A stretch of 64,000 bases of DNA from the NCBI GenBank assembly GCA_964016885.1, contig OZ024745.1, positions 134,292,001 through 134,356,000 of the forward strand. The letters run 5' to 3'. Below, one piece after another: positions 12,546-25,600 of this stretch (its first letter is position 1; every line of letters begins with the position of its first letter). This stretch comes from Eledone cirrhosa. Taxonomy: Eukaryota. A model generated the notes under the pieces. It had not been told where the DNA came from and searched no databases. It saw nothing but the letters and a program-made list of their open reading frames with translations. The position numbers and the translations under genes were made by a program.

Positions 12546-15500
12546 CATCATCTCCATCATCATCATCATTTCATTTTACGTCCGATTTTCCCTGCTTGCA
12601 AGGGTGGGACGGGAACTGATTCTGGCATGATTTCTACAGCTGGATGCCCTTCCTAACACCAACCTCATTTACAGTGAGTGCTGGGTGCTTTTTTTCTGTG
12701 GCGCCTACACGTCCACTTTACAGTGGATTGATAGGGACCCCAGTCCCTATCATCTCATTTCTACAGCTGAGTAAACTGGAGCAATGTGAAATAAAGTGTC
12801 TTGCTCAAGGAAACAACACATCACCCGGTCCGAGAATTGAACTCACAACCTTTCGATTGCAAGGCCAATGCTCTAACCACTAAGCCATGTGTCTCCATCT
12901 GTGAATGTTAAAAAATGAAATGAGTATGCCCCATGATCATCGTTTGACGTCTATCATCCACGCTAGCATGGGTTAGACGGATGTGCATGAAGTGGTAAGA
13001 AACTCTCAGGAGAGCTGGACAGCAGAAGGTCTTCAGAGACAAAACCCTGCTCAAGAAAGTGTTTCAGCCCTTAACTTCTAATGAAGTTAACAATGTAGAA
13101 CAGGCTGAGAGAAATACTTGGTATAGAAGAATTAGATGTAGTATACAATAGAAAAGAGAAGTCTGTGCTGGCATGAACATGTAATGCACACGTACAATGA
13201 CAGTATAAGTGTGGAAAAAAACCTTTCGTTCTGCCAAGAACACAATCTCTTTAGTGCTTGTACAATAAATTCACCTAATATACACTGTAAAGTAGGTAGC
13301 TGGTGTTAAAAAGGGCAGCCAGTCATAAAAACCATCCCCAAAATAGAATGTATGAGTATGTTGTGGTCCTCCAACTCATTTAGGAGAGTATTAACACTGA
13401 ATAAGAACTGACCATTCTCCTCCTTCTCAGTATGTATCCCTACTAAATCATAAGAGGTGACTAAAAGATTTGGCACCAGGAAGGGCATCCAGTCATAAAA
13501 CATTACTTCAAAAATCAGGTATGGAGTCTGTAACATTTCAAATGCTGGTTGTCTCCTCCTCCAAATTCCCATCCGCGTTTTTTTTTGTTTTTTTTTCCTT
13601 AAACCACTTCTTTTCTATTCTTCTGATGGTGGGATATATGTCTACTCATATTTGAAACCACTATTTTCTAATGTCCTATTATAATAAGGTGCTAAAATAA
13701 CTTGCTAAAATAATTAAACCATAAATTCTATTCTTTACCATACAAATAATTGTTTCTACTTTTGGCACAAGACCAGCAATTTCCCAGTGTATTACTGGTA
13801 CTTTATTTTATCGACGACGTAAGGATGAAAGGCAAAGTTAACCTCGGCGGGATTTGAACTCAGAATGGCAAGGGCCGTAACTCTATGCGTCAAAGCATGG
13901 CGTCCGACCCTCTACCGATACTGCCAAATAATGATCTATGCTATTTAAATCAGATTTACGAAAATTTTACGATATTCTTTCTTAATTTGGTGCTTTTTTC
14001 TTATTTAGTAATTTCCTTTCCCTACTTCCATTATTTTGTCTTAAAAACTCCCATTAAATACTGACCTAGTCTATGACAACCCGTCCAGCCCATGCAAGCA
14101 TGGAAAAACGGATGTTAAATGATGATGATGACAAATTGAAAGTATTATATTTAAAATTCCGTCGGGATTAGCTATGCGTTTCATCCTTACGGAGTCAATA
14201 AAATAAAGTACCAGTAACTTACTGAGATCGATTTAATCGACTTTCCCCTTCTCCAAATTGTTAGCCTAAATTAGAAAGAATTATATTTATTGTTTTTATT
14301 TTAAAAAGTACTATTATTATCAAATGGATTGCAACACAACTGGTCCCATAGATTGAGATTGTCTATCAGAGTTTTAATCGAGATTCTAAAGTTTCAATAG
14401 ATATTTTCCTTATCCAATATACATGATGAATATCTTTAAAGTATTAACGCACCTGCAGCTTAACAATAATGTTTCGCTGTTAAAGTGAAAATGATAAATA
14501 CCAGCTTTTTGGTTGTAAATCTTCACATCTTGAAAAATTTTTTTATCAATAAACAAAGATTTGTAAAAAAAAATGATTTATTTATGAATTTTTCAAAACT
14601 GACCTGTTTGATCCTCACAACAGACTGCAATCAATTACCACCCACTAATAGATTATCTCAACAAGGTAAAGCAGTTGGAAGAGTCCTAGAATAAAAAGTA
14701 TTTTCAAGCCTAAGATCTTGATAAGACTTGCAGGTTTCAATCAATTCCACCCAATTATCGGTTATTTTATGTTCCTAAAGCGAAACATCCCCTGAAATTA
14801 TTTACAATTTCGATATCCTTCTATACTTGAACTATGAGACCAGTGTTCGCTACTTGAGCATGGATAGCAGCTCAAATGGTTAGAAGTTTCCAGAAACTCC
14901 GACACCGGGCTTAATCGAAAGAACTATATACAGCAGATGCTCAAATGTCTGAACAAATATATGACATTGCGTACATTAACCCCTAACTTATAAATATTTA
15001 TGGGGGATTCTGGAAGGTGAAGTGCAGAAACCGGTGTACTTTCGACTGAAAAACAAACCATGTTTGTGTGTGTGAGTCCGAAAGGAGTACTCAATACCGA
15101 GGTAGAGTTTTAATATTCATTTATATTAAAGCTAAAGAATAACAAGACTCTATTTAGCCAAAATATAACTGAATATATAATATATAGAGAGAGATTTCTT
15201 GGAATAACTTTCTCATTCAATATTTCCTTGTTTGCAACAGGACTAAAACATTCATTATAATAGAACATCATAAATGCGTTCTTTTTATATTATATATATA
15301 TATATATATTTATTGAATGAGAAAGTTAGAAAGTTATTCCAAGAAATCGTTTGATGATGAACGTAGATGGTTTGTTGAGTTCATGCTTTTGTGTAATGTT
15401 GGGCAATGTTCAATGTTATGTCAATAAATCATATTTTTATTTTAAACCTTTGTAGGTGTGTATCAAACACTGACTGTCCTAACTTATTAAAACCATTTTT

Positions 15501-15779
15501 CTGATCCCTATTTCACACGTCACTCCCAATTAAAAAAAGAATCCCCACCTCTCTTTATGTGTGTGTTTATATATATATTATCACCCTTATATTACACTCT
15601 ATTACTACGCCACTACTTTCTCAAACTTCTCGATTATAAATATTATAAATTTTATATAAATATACAATTATATATATATATATACATACTTACACATATT
15701 TATTTATGTCTATATAAATATATAGGCACTACCATGCTACATATTGTGTATATGTACATATATATATCTACAAATTCAT

Positions 15780-15805
15780 AAATGAATATATATATATATA
15801 TACAT

Positions 15806-15843
<38 letters not shown>

Positions 15844-16014
15844 ACACATATATATATATATACATACACACACATATATATATATATATACACACAACAC
15901 AATATTTAAAGTGAAAATGATAATAGTAAAAGCTGACATGAAACGAAAGAGAGGTGAACATTAGGACAGTAAGAATTCTATATTAACATTGTTTACAACA
16001 GCAATAAAGATAGG

Positions 16015-16055
<41 letters not shown>
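15780..16055. repeat. (TA)n/(CA)n microsatellite cluster upstream of CHM
   Basis: Long TA and CA runs. Confidence 0.9.
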
Positions 16056-16056
<1 letters not shown>

Positions 16057-16401
16057 TCTATCATTATATATACATATATATAATGAAATAGGAATAACAC
16101 ATGACTCACGTAATCTCAAAGTTTGTAATAAAGCTGTTTCCTCAATCACGACAGAAGCTAAGCTGCTGACATCTAGTAGCAGAATATAGTAACACTCAAG
16201 GGGAATAACTGTTACACCATTTAACAAGAGCTCAGTTAAGAAAAGATAACTCTCGAAAACAACAATCTTCGTTGATTTACTAACAACTGTTGGAGAAAGA
16301 GTTCTGTTAATATAATTCTTTGCGAGTGTAAGTAATCGGATGTTTTTCAATTAGAAACTGTCTTTCTTGTTATTATTTTTTAGATTTTCCGCAGTCGGAG
16401 G

Positions 16402-18474
16402 ATGGACTACGTTCTTCCTTCAAGTTTTGATGCTATAGTTATTGGAACTGGTCTTTCAGAAAGTATCATTGCTTCTTCTTTGGCACGAATTGGCAAAACT
16501 GTTTTACACATAGATAGGAACGCCTATTACGGTAGCCGATGGGCATCGTTCAGCTTGCGTAACCTCCAAACCTGGGCGTCAACATTGAAAGAAAAGGAAC
16601 AGTTAAAATCACAAAATGCATCTTGTGACGCACCTGATTCTTCCGTTGACATCAACCCTCATCTTAAAGAAGGAGAATCGTTCGTGCTCGTCTCACCTTC
16701 TGATGAAGGCTTTTCTGATATCCAAATGTCCTACCATCACATCTCTACAAACACCATTGACGAATGTGATGAACCAAATGATACTACAGCTACTGTAATC
16801 AAAGCTGAAGAACTGCCGACAGAGCAGAGCCAGCCATCCTGCGACAGTCACGAAAAGCAATCAGGTGAGAAGGATGCGAAGAATATGGAGAATGAAGACA
16901 CCAGAGTAGTAGAAGAAACTGAAGACAAAGAAGAAACTGAGCAAATTAATTCTAATTCCGCTACGGAAGTCACTGCAGACAGTACAGAAGAACTTAAGGA
17001 AGTTGAAGTCTATATCACATCAGAAACGTTAGAAAACGAAGCCAGTAACAAAAATGCTATTGAAAAATGGACTATTAAAAGGTTGGAGGATCAATGGAGA
17101 CGTTTCAATTTTGATATAGCTCCCAAAGTATTATACAGTAATGGTGACATGGTAAATCTCTTGATCCAGTCTGATATTTCCCGCTATTGTGAATTTAAGC
17201 TTGTGTCGCGTATTTTAACTATTTTTCAGAATGAACTAAAAGCAGTTCCTTGTTCTCGAGCCCATGTTTTCAATTCCAAGGAAGTATCAATGCTAGAGAA
17301 AAGAATAATGATGAAGTTTATAAAGGCCTGCTCTGAAAATAGTCCTGATGAAACAATGAAAGAGTTTTATGATCGCCCTTTTTCTGAATATTTAGAAGAA
17401 AAGTTTCCTCCAATTGTAAAGCATTATATTTACCATGGAATTACAATGGCACAAAAATCAACCACAACTAAAGAAGGAATTTCTTTAGCTCAGAAATTTT
17501 TTTCATCAGTTGGACGGTATGGCGACATTCCTTTTATAACCCCTGTTTATGGTGTTGGAGAACTCCCACAGGCCTTTAGCCGTACGTGTGCTGTATGGGG
17601 TGGAATCTATTGTTTAAATTTATCAGCTAAAGCTATAATTATTTGTGAGGGGAAAGCAAAAGCTATTATCACAACTGATGCGAAACGAATTGAATTTGAA
17701 TGGCTTATACTAGAACCTAGCTACATTCCAAATGATATTATCGAGTCCATGGACAACCAAACAATCAACAGAGCTATACTGGTTACTGACCAAACTTTAC
17801 TGCAATCACCTAAAGAAGAACTATCACTTCTAAATATTTACCCAGCAGAGGACAGTTCAAGGCCCATAATCATGCACGAATACCCACCATCTTCTATGGT
17901 TTGCCCTGCTGGTTTATCTCTTGTCCACTTTACTAGGCAAGGCGAAGCTGACCCAAAAACTGAACTTGATTATGCTTGTAAATATTTATTCAATTTTGAA
18001 CCTATTGATGAAGATGAGAAAAATACAGATAGTGTTCCAGATGATTCCCAACAGAGCACTGACATACGACCGAATGTCTTATGGTCACTTTTATTCCAGG
18101 TAAAAAGCAAACGTAATGTGAAACTCCAGCAATCCCTACCCAATAATATTTTAGTGACCTCACAACCAGGATCTGAACTGGATTTGGATTTCTATCCAGG
18201 AGAAGCTAAGCGGATATTTGAGGCAATGTATCCTGAAGAAGAATTTCATCCAAAATGTCCCCATCCAGAAGATATTATTTATTGTGGTTCTGAAGAAGAC
18301 AAAGGCCCTGCTAGTGATAATGATGCTAGTAAAACTGAAAGTGATAGTAATATAACAGAGGAGACCACAGATTCTACCTGCCCCGATACAACAAGCAGTC
18401 CTACATTGCCTACTGAGAATTCAGATATCATTTACACAACTGAAAGTTTAACTAACATGAAATTGGAAAATTAA
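16402..18474 (+). CDS. CHM: Rab escort protein (Rab geranylgeranyltransferase component A, CHM/REP); single coding exon
   Basis: 690-aa ORF with GDI/REP motifs FDAIVIGTGLSESIIA, LHIDRNAYYGSRWASF, RRFNFDIAPK, SRYCEFK, VPCSRAHVF and YGVGELPQAFSRTCAVWGG; the long acidic insert after the N-terminal motif is REP-like rather than GDI-like. Confidence 0.93.
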   Translation: MDYVLPSSFDAIVIGTGLSESIIASSLARIGKTVLHIDRNAYYGSRWASFSLRNLQTWASTLKEKEQLKSQNASCDAPDSSVDINPHLKEGESFVLVSPSDEGFSDIQMSYHHISTNTIDECDEPNDTTATVIKAEELPTEQSQPSCDSHEKQSGEKDAKNMENEDTRVVEETEDKEETEQINSNSATEVTADSTEELKEVEVYITSETLENEASNKNAIEKWTIKRLEDQWRRFNFDIAPKVLYSNGDMVNLLIQSDISRYCEFKLVSRILTIFQNELKAVPCSRAHVFNSKEVSMLEKRIMMKFIKACSENSPDETMKEFYDRPFSEYLEEKFPPIVKHYIYHGITMAQKSTTTKEGISLAQKFFSSVGRYGDIPFITPVYGVGELPQAFSRTCAVWGGIYCLNLSAKAIIICEGKAKAIITTDAKRIEFEWLILEPSYIPNDIIESMDNQTINRAILVTDQTLLQSPKEELSLLNIYPAEDSSRPIIMHEYPPSSMVCPAGLSLVHFTRQGEADPKTELDYACKYLFNFEPIDEDEKNTDSVPDDSQQSTDIRPNVLWSLLFQVKSKRNVKLQQSLPNNILVTSQPGSELDLDFYPGEAKRIFEAMYPEEEFHPKCPHPEDIIYCGSEEDKGPASDNDASKTESDSNITEETTDSTCPDTTSSPTLPTENSDIIYTTESLTNMKLEN

Positions 18475-19629
18475 ACTGGTTTTTTTTTATGTTGTCTTTG
18501 AAATTGAGATCCATTTAACTACTTTATGCCTTCAACCTAAATTACATTTTATTGTCAGTCAAATTATTTTGTTGTTTTTTTTCTTTCTTTTTTGAAGAAA
18601 ATATTCTCTGAAATAATGATCTCAGCTTTCATATTTCAATTTTCTACTCTAAAATTTAACAATGATATTCTTTGTTGTAAGTGTAAAAATTGGACACCAT
18701 AAGATGAGCAGAGAATTTTACTTGAAGACAGAATAGAAACATGAAAGAATATGTGGAAGACTTGAAATGCTTTACAATAACCATAATTGCGTGATACACT
18801 TAATCTGTTCACAGCAATACCTGGGGCCCACTCTATCAAGTGAAGTTTCCTGAAGATACCTTCCTCCCTGACCTCAAAAGTATGACTACATAACTAAAAC
18901 TTTTATGTGATAGTATTTTACTTCCTCCAGCTTAAACCAATCAACCAACAACTTTGTTGATAAAAAACCATATATACTGCTGTGTCTTCTGATATAATCT
19001 TTATAACTATGATTATTATAATAAAGTTTAGGAATCAACATAGTACTATTACTTTGATACACTACTTGTTCATTTGGTGAAAACATTAATTCTTTTCTTC
19101 CAATTTTGTTTTCACTATTCTAATATAAATGCTATTTTCTAGTAATGTAATTGAACAATGATTTCTAATTTAAGCACAAAGCCGGCATTTGGGGGGCAAG
19201 GGAAAAAGTCGATTATGTCGACCCCAATATTTAACTGGTACTTTGTTTTATCGACACTGGAAGGATGAAAGACAAAGTTAACTCCAGCAGGATTTGAACT
19301 CAGAACATAAAGAGCCTTTGTTTGACACTCTAACAACTCTGCAAATCCACCAACGCTTATCAAAACATTCCTAAATCTATTAATAAAATGATATTATAAT
19401 TGTTCTGCCTGTTTTTATTTATAAAATTGTATGAAACACCATTCAGCAAACAGTCAACGCCAATAAATTGAATCTACAGTAGACTTTATGTCTGAGAAGA
19501 GTTCTTTTTTTATAAGATAATTTTTCAGATTATTAGCCTCATTTTTAAAAATGAGCAAATTGTTTTACAATATTTATATATGCAATATTTTACAATATAT
19601 ATATATATATACACTAATGATAGTAAAGA

Positions 19630-21347
19630 AGAACAGATAGAGACATTCAATGTAGAACACTGGGAGTTCCTAAAAAAATAACCTACTAAAGGCGACAGAC
19701 AAGATCTGTGGTTGGAGACCACAGGGAGGAGAGTGACTTGGTGGTGGAACAATAAGGTAGATGAGGCAATTAAGGCCAAAAGACAGGCATGGAAACAATG
19801 GAGAACGGGGGAATCAGGGTACACTACATAGAGCGGAGCTAGACAATAAGTATACTTAGCTAGAAGGGAAACGGAGGATAAAAAATTCAGCATATTTTGC
19901 AGCGTGTGTCCGGAATGATAAAGGTGAACTTGCCTTCACAGGTGCTGAGAAGAAAGATGCGTGAAAGATTACTGAATGAGGAGAATGCATGGGAGAGACC
20001 GGACCCCATAGAGGGCCCAGCAGTGTAGTTAGTAAAGCAATTAAGGATATGAAAGCTGGGAAGGCAACCGGTCCATCAGGAATAGTTGCTGAGCTGCTGA
20101 AAGTATCTGGGTTGGTAGGACACACTATAACCACACATATTGTTAACCAGGTAATACCAAAAGATTGGCGCAGCAGCATCATTGTTAATTGCTACAAGGA
20201 AAAAGGGGATGCACTTGAAAGAGGTAACTACAGAGGTATAAAGCTGATGGACCGGGTCATGAAAGTATAGTCATAGCACAGTTGATTAGGGACCGGATAA
20301 ATCTGGATGAGATGCAGTTTGGATTTGTGCCAGGCAAAAGCACAACTGATGCCCTCTTTCTTGTGAGACAGTTACAGGAAAAGTACCTAGATAAAAGTAA
20401 GCCTCTCTACCTGGCATTTGTGGATCTGGAGAAAGTTTTCGACAGAGTGCCTCATGACATAATTTGGTGGGCTTTTAGAAAATTAGGAGTAAAGTAGTTT
20501 GTGAAGACTACAAGCCATGTATAGAGGAGCAGTCAGGATTAACAATGACTATTACACTGATAGCTGATTCTATGGTGGAACTAGAGAAGAAATTCCAAAC
20601 ATGGAAGCAGGGCCTAGAAAGAAGGGGTCTTGAAGTCAACCTGACAAAGACTAAGGTCCTAGTAAGTAGAAGAGAAAACAACCTAGATCCCCCCAGGGAA
20701 ATGGCCTTGTTTAGTATATAGGAAAGGTGTATGTAGAAATTCCATTCTCTGCCCCATGTGCAAACTATGGATACACAAGAGATGTAGTGGGATCTCAGGA
20801 AGTTTAGCTAAGAATGTCCAACTTTACATGTAGCAGTTGCACTGAAACAGTAAACAGGAAACAAGCACTACCAAATTCTTGGAGGGCTCTGTAGAAACAG
20901 TAGACAGCTTCTGCTACTTAGGTGATCTAATTAGTAGTGGTGGTGGGTGTTCTGAAAATACAGTAGCCAGAGGAAGTTCAGGGAGTTACTATCACTGCTA
21001 GCTGCAAAAGGCTTTTCCCTCCTATACACCCCCATGAGGGCAGACCAAAGTAAATGCATCCAGTGAAGCCCCCAGCCCACACTGTAAAGTGGTCGTGAAG
21101 GTTTTCACAACAAAAAATACCCAGTCCCAGTCCACACTGTAAAGTGGTCATGTAGGTCTCACAACAAAAAGCACCCAGTATTGTAAATGAGGTTGGCATT
21201 AGGTAGGGCATGCAGCTGTAGATAACTAGCCAGAAACAGTCCTATATGAGTGAGACACGGTCACCCGACCCGTCTTGCCTCTAAATGGGACAAACCCATC
21301 TAATCCATGCTAGCATGGAAGATGGATGTTAATTAATGAAGATGACT
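19630..21347 (+). mobile_element. Truncated degenerate RTE LINE (same family) with 3' UTR
   Basis: ORFs 19989..20270 and 20282..20497 (GKATGPSGIVAE, NYRGIKL, QFGFVPGKSTTDA) match the 42.5-46 kb element, followed by its 3' UTR and tail. Confidence 0.88.
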
Positions 21348-21716
21348 ACATTTTACAATATATATACACAACATTTTACAATATATATACACTATGTTCC
21401 AATCAGTTTGATCTCCAATTATCATCAGCTGTTTCCTTCCACTTACAAAGTTAACAAACACCCTTAGGAAAATTATGAATTTCTATATTAACATGAGGAT
21501 CTGTAGGATTAGCTTTTCTCATGGAAAGAAACTAAACCCAGCATTACAAGCCAAATGGTTATATAACTATATCATTGCTGATTTTGTTGTTATAGTTGCT
21601 CTTGTTAAGCCTGCCTTTTCAACTCTGTAAACAGTAACATACATAATTATGCATACGTTGCATATCTGTTTAACCATGTATTTTTGCTTTGATTTTATTT
21701 TTTTTTATTTTTTAAG

Positions 21717-22286
21717 TATATCTTTTGTTGTTTCTGTACTCTTGGGTCACAAATAATCGCCCCCCTCCCCAGCTTATTATCCCCCTCTCGCTCTTATTCC
21801 CATCCCACCATTTATTACATTTTGTTAATCTATCTCTGGAGAAATTTTATTTTAAGTGGCAGCATTCTTGTGACAATTTTCTTTAGACATTAACCCTTTA
21901 GTATTTAAACAGGCCATATCCATCTAGAATTTTCTCACCTCTTTCTGTTCAAACTGGCCATAATCGGCTGCTCATACTTAGGGTATTGTTCTCAAAATAA
22001 ATAATATCAAAATCTTGTAGATTCGATATTTTGTGAGATAATTATGAGAGGTAAAGTGTTTACCGTGAAAATACAATAATAAATATAGAGTAATGTAAAT
22101 GTTAAAAAAGTACATTACTAGAAATCCTATACGTTATAAAATAAATAAGATGGGTTGAGGGGTCTCAATATGTAAACTAAACGACTAATTCTGGTTTTTG
22201 TTTTAATCGATGGAGACAACCTAGAAAATTACCAATTTTCCAACACCCCCTTAATTCCATCCTCTATTAATTGGGACCCAAGAGTA
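21717..22286 (+). mobile_element. TA-flanked Tc1/pogo-type MITE with a nested partial piggyBac MITE
   Basis: TA|CTCTTGGGTC...GACCCAAGAG|TA termini; related copies at about 3213-3520, 12000-12290, 23730-23970 and 63740-64000. Confidence 0.7.
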
Positions 22287-22430
22287 CCAAGAATTACATT
22301 ATTGTCACTCTAAGTAGTGACAATACTGCATTCTTTTCGCTTGTAATGCTGGATACTTTCTCCTTGAACAAGAAAAGCTGTGAGAATACAGGATTATATC
22401 TAGAGGGATATCTCTCCTATTTTTAGGACT

Positions 22431-22659
22431 TTAACCCTTTAGCATTTAGACCGGCCATATCCAGCCACAATTCTCTCGCCTCTTTCTGTTAAAACTGGCT
22501 GTACCTGGCCGCTCATACTGATGTTAAGGTATTGTACTCAAAATAAATAACATCAAAATCTCATAGATTCGATATTATGAGAGATAAGTATGTAAGGTAA
22601 AGCTTTTACCGTGAAAATATAATAGTAAATATAGAGTAATGTAAATGTTAAAGGGTTAA
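22431..22659 (+). mobile_element. piggyBac-type MITE (~225 bp)
   Basis: TTAA|CCCTTTAGCATTT ... AAATGTTAAAGGG|TTAA; further copies at about 21890, 23230, 40516, 53555-53782, 61200-61414 and 62376-62590. Confidence 0.8.
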
Positions 22660-23389
22660 TAATTGGAGTTGAACACTAATCCTATGGATCCTCATGCTAT
22701 CAAAAACCTTAGTCATACTAACAAACTTTTTACTCACCAGTTTACAATACTCTTTCATATACTTTTTCCTGCCTCTTCTACGATTATATTGATAAGACAG
22801 TCAATTGTTAGAGAATCAGATAGAATTTCTTGTGCATGGCTTAGTGGTTAGAGCGTTGGGCTTGCAATCGAAAGGTTGTGAGTTCAATTCTCGGACCGGG
22901 TGATGTGTTATTTCCTTGAGCAAGACACTTTATTTCACGTTGCTCCAGTTTACCCAGCTGTAGAAATGAGATGATAGGACTGGGGTCCCTATCATTAAAT
23001 TACCCAAGACACCTCCAATGAGATATACCTTGGAGGAGGCCAGCTAAACCTGCATAGGTGTGAGCTGTCACACACACACAATTCCTTGTGATATTCATTC
23101 CAGTTCCCTGTGATCTGTGTTCAAATCTTGCCAAGGTCATATTTAGCTTTCAAACATCAAATTAAGTGGAATTAAGGGGGTGTTGGAAAATTGGTAATTT
23201 TATAGGTTGTCTCCGTTGATTAAAAAAAAAATCTCACATAATATTGAATCTGAGATTTTGATATTATTTATTTTGAGAACAATACCTTAACATAAGTATG
23301 AGCAGCTGGTTAATGCCAGTTTGACCAGAAAGAGGGGAGAGAATTCTGGCTGGATATGGCCAGTTTAAATGCTAATGGGTTAAAGGTCA

Positions 23390-23728
23390 GTAGGCATCTC
23401 TAACAAAATACACCCCCACCCCATCCACACCGCCCCTTTCAATGTAAAGTTATGTTGGTGCCACAACATCCAGGCCGAAACAAATGAGATCATGTAGGTG
23501 TCACGACAAAAAAACACACAGTCCACGCTGTAATGTGGCTGTGTAGGCAACATGGTAAAAACCTCCCAGTCCCACACTGTAAATGTGGTTGGTGTTAGGA
23601 AGGGCATCCAGCTGTAGAAAACCCGCCAGACAGCCCTATGCGAGCAAGACAACCACTCTTGCCTCAAGTGGGAAAACTCCCGTCCAAAGCCGTGGAACAT
23701 GGACGTTAAACGATGATGATGATGATGA
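23390..23728 (+). mobile_element. Solo 3' UTR of the RTE LINE (5'-truncated copy)
   Basis: Near-identical to the reverse complement of 42495-42855; ends ggacgttaaacgatgatgatgat; other copies at about 8360, 8520, 12560, 28900, 50200, 50340 and 60770. Confidence 0.85.
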
Positions 23729-24206
23729 AGCAGGGTGGAGAATCAGTAATTTTTCTAGGTTGTCTCCATTGAGAATTCTAGTAATATACTTTATAATGTA
23801 TGAGAATTCTAGTAATATACTTTTTTTGTCATGTATAATGTTTTTTAATCTCTAGAGAAAATTAATTGTTGCAGGAATAAAATTTCGCTGGACATAAATT
23901 AACAAAATTTAAGAAGCAAGGGAGATCTGAAAAGTTAATAAGGGAGGTGGTTATTCAAGATCCAAGGTACTTACTATGAGTTTGTCAATCAAGGGAGTTG
24001 CTTTACTTGCTAGAAATAGTTAGCCAAATCTTATTTAAATCATAAAGGAAGGACATATTAGACAATGTAGTTTTAGATATATAAAACTACAAAATTGTCA
24101 CAATTTAAAGCTGACCTCAACAGGATTTGAACTCAGAGCATAAAACGTCATAACGCCATGCCACAAAGCATATCGTCCAATGCCAATCCACTGCCCTAAT
24201 ACAATA

Positions 24207-24620
24207 ATAATTGTTTCTACTTTAGGTACAAGGCCAGCAATTACCCAGTGCATTACTGGTACTTTATTTTATCGACCCCCGTAAGGATGAAAGGCAAAGT
24301 CAACCTCGGCGGGATTTGAACTCAGATCGTAAAGGGATGTAACTATGCTGGAAAGCATGGCGTCCGACGCTCTACCGATACTGCCAATCCACCGCCTAAT
24401 ACAATAATAATGGTTTCTGATATAGGCACAAGGCCAACAATTTTGGGGGAGGGGAAAGTCGATTAAATCGACCCCAGTGTTACTGGTACTTTATTGTATC
24501 GACCTTGTAAGGATGAAAGGCAAAACTAACCTTGGCGGGATTTGAACTCAGAATGTAAAGGGCCATAACTCTATGCCACAAAGCATAATGCCCGATGCTC
24601 TACCGATTACTGCCAATTCA
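24207..24620 (-). mobile_element. Tandem SINE family A copies
   Basis: Two adjacent near-complete copies separated by taatacaataataat. Confidence 0.82.
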
Positions 24621-24839
24621 CGTACCAGAATAATAATAAAACAAAGTTAATGCGACAATGTTCAGCAAGAGTCTCTATAGAATCAATGCTTCAGTTTCTT
24701 CAGTGTTAAATCTCCTTCAATAGGATGTCTTCCTGTCACTTAGTTTTGATAGTTTAGTAAATTGTTGCAAACAGAATTAAGTATCTTGTCTAGAGTGAGC
24801 AATTGGTGGTAATGGTTTTAAATTCTAATATTTAATATC

Positions 24840-25262
24840 AACCTTCTTCTTCTTCACCCACTTATTCCTGAGAAGGTCGTGGGGGCAGAGTCCTCAAACA
24901 CTCCTTCCAGCAGGTCCTGTCAGAAGCATCCGTCTCCAACTAATCCGGCTGGATCCCCAAGCGAGACCAGCCAAGCTCATCGATTTTATCCAACCATCTT
25001 GCTCTGGGTCTCCAGCCAGTTGATTTTGCACATAAAATCTGCCCAGCAATTCTTTCCTGAGACATTCTAACCACATGCCCATAGTATCGGAGCTGTGATT
25101 TCTCAATTCTCTGATCTCTGTGGTACGCACTCTATTGAGTAATATTACTCCAAAGACCCTGCTTATATTCGTGATTGTATTCTTTCGGTCATAATCCAAG
25201 ATTCATGACCATAGGTAAGGGTTGGCACGAAAACTGAAATGAAGATAGCAAGTTTGGCTTTT
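24840..25262 (-). mobile_element. 3' fragment of a second RTE-type LINE family with (GAA)n tail
   Basis: FISVFVPTLTYGHESWI remnant and GAA tail; related copies at about 2870-3015, 33090-33390 and 51930-52200. Confidence 0.7.
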
Positions 25263-25499
25263 ATGCCTATCAACCTGCTAACTGATATTATCAGTCTAGA
25301 TTTTACAATAATTATAGATTTTAAACAGATATTTTCTTACTATTTCATCATTTGATCTTAATCAAGATAACTAAATTTTACTTTTTGTCACTTTTTAATG
25401 TGAAAATATATTTTGAAATCTGTTCATACATTTGAAATAGATAAAATAATTTCTGTTGTAACAATGAAATTCAATGCAGATTCAAGTAAATTTGTAGAT

Positions 25500-25600
25500 T
25501 TAAGAAGGGTTATAACATGGTTTTGAATATTGTCCTGGACGATTCCAGTAGTCCACTGCTCTAACACGATAATATCCTTTCACCAAGTCAGAGGTATTCC
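25500..25600 (-). CDS. IDUA: IDUA terminal exon 15
   Basis: NTSDLVKGYYRVRAVDYWNRPGQYSKPCYNPS*; YRVRA.DYW.RPG motif. Total CDS 1935 nt (644 aa). Confidence 0.94.

Noticed and set aside
13325-13460. PLE RT-like peptide TEKEENGQFLF
   Set aside because: Match too short and flanked by RTE UTR debris; unsupported without a search.
22830-22905. tRNA gene
   Set aside because: The A/B boxes continue into a multi-copy SINE body and no acceptor stem is evident.
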